Shown here one piece after another: positions 63,290 through 64,000 of a DNA stretch of 64,000 nt. The stretch is from Candidatus Altimarinota bacterium. GTDB lineage: Bacteria > Patescibacteriota > Gracilibacteria > UBA1369 > GCA-2718715. The stretch spans positions 1 through 64,000 of the forward strand of contig JBESAV010000001.1 in assembly GCA_041242255.1 (NCBI GenBank), given 5' to 3'. Position numbers and translations under genes: made by a program. How positions within the stretch are numbered: position 1 is the stretch's first letter; each line of letters begins with the position of its first letter. The notes beneath the pieces are model-generated. The model had not been told where the DNA came from. It did not search any database and saw only the letters and a list, made by a program, of their open reading frames with translations.

Positions 63290-64000
63290 TTACCTAAGCA
63301 TTAAATAAACTCCTGTCTCAATATCTTTCTGATCCACTTCAGTTGGATCATTTTCATAAATCTCCAAACCAACCACACCTTTTCTCAACTTAACTTTATC
63401 TTTCATAGCTCTCATCATCAACATACTCCATGCATTCCCAAGATGATTGTAATTACCTTTATGCATAGCCTTCATTGCTTTACCAGACTCAAAATCAATT
63501 ATTTCAAACTCTTTGTCATCAATGTCCTTCACATCATTCATTTGAAGACAAACATAATACTCACACATACCTTTCACCGGTTCCCATTTCGTATACAAAG
63601 CCAAGGGAGCACCCGACTGCTTCCATTTCAATTCACCAGCTCTCTGCATAAGTTTACCCATCAAAGGCCCCATACTTTTAGCAATGTTATCAATCTCTGC
63701 AGTTCCTTTATAACCAACCAAGTATGGAATTTCTAAATCCACAAAACCTTCATAAGAAGAATTTGCAGTCACCTCTCCCTTCTCCAAAACGTCTTTTAAC
63801 ATAAGCAAACCTCTTTTGAAATCCATCCCAATCATCGCTTTCATACTATTCTTCATCCAAAACATAAACCATGGTAAAGAACCATCCATATGCCAATTCA
63901 CTTCAGTCTCTCCATTCATATCTTTAAAATCATACCAAACCTTAGCCTTGGATTTATAAGGAGCTTTAAATTCTAAAGCATATTCTAGATATTTATCTTT
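63290..64000 (-). CDS. SRPBCC + GyrI-like effector-binding protein (5'-truncated)
   Basis: Frame stays open to the window end (KDKYLEYALEFKAPYKSKAKV...); TEVNWHMDG, MDFKRGLLMLK, HKGNYNHL..AW, EIYENDP. Confidence 0.85.
   Translation of the reverse strand, partial: KDKYLEYALEFKAPYKSKAKVWYDFKDMNGETEVNWHMDGSLPWFMFWMKNSMKAMIGMDFKRGLLMLKDVLEKGEVTANSSYEGFVDLEIPYLVGYKGTAEIDNIAKSMGPLMGKLMQRAGELKWKQSGAPLALYTKWEPVKGMCEYYVCLQMNDVKDIDDKEFEIIDFESGKAMKAMHKGNYNHLGNAWSMLMMRAMKDKVKLRKGVVGLEIYENDPTEVDQKDIETGVYLMLR

Noticed and set aside
117-64000. Genetic code 25 (UGA=Gly) as in Gracilibacteria/Absconditabacteria
   Set aside because: Long Gly-rich conserved genes (uvrB, nrdA, lpdA, PMM) are uninterrupted under code 11, and TGA serves as a stop, including in ATGA overlaps

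Overview
Bacterial contig end (it starts with 22 nt of Illumina adapter). It uses genetic code 11, is AT-rich, mostly lacks Shine-Dalgarno sites, and has a strong C-over-G skew on the + strand. The content (several SLH proteins, many orphan lipoproteins, DUF4012, a giant protein, fragmentary carbon metabolism) suggests a Patescibacteria/CPR genome, possibly Peregrinibacteria-like; this placement is an inference. Housekeeping genes: rpmJ(partial)-rpsM-rpsK-rpsD-rpoA-rplQ-rplM-rpsI, trmD, a P-type ATPase, rsmA, lpdA, lemA, uvrB, an ATP-cone-fused nrdB plus nrdA with tandem NrdR boxes, PMM/PGM-rpiB-like-rpe, smpB, msrA/msrB, mscS, and tRNA-Arg(GCG) and tRNA-Arg(UCG). The best candidate for a new system is a tightly coupled minus-strand operon at 45048-50143. 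It encodes two small proteins with twin-arginine-like leaders and tandem E-x-C-R / P-E-x-C repeats, a SunS-like GT2 glycosyltransferase with a TPR-like tail, a DUF4012 protein and an O-antigen-ligase/O-OTase-like membrane protein. This is a putative peptide/lipoprotein glycosylation (glycocin-like RiPP) locus. The second candidate is a 1677-aa effector-like protein with a Gly/Ala hydrophobic block and a C-terminal Shewanella-like phosphatase, with a stand-alone paralog of that phosphatase nearby. Also noted: two unannotated small membrane ORFs, degenerate DinG and RpiB homologs, and a class Id-type ribonucleotide reductase. All assignments come from motif reading only; no searches were run.
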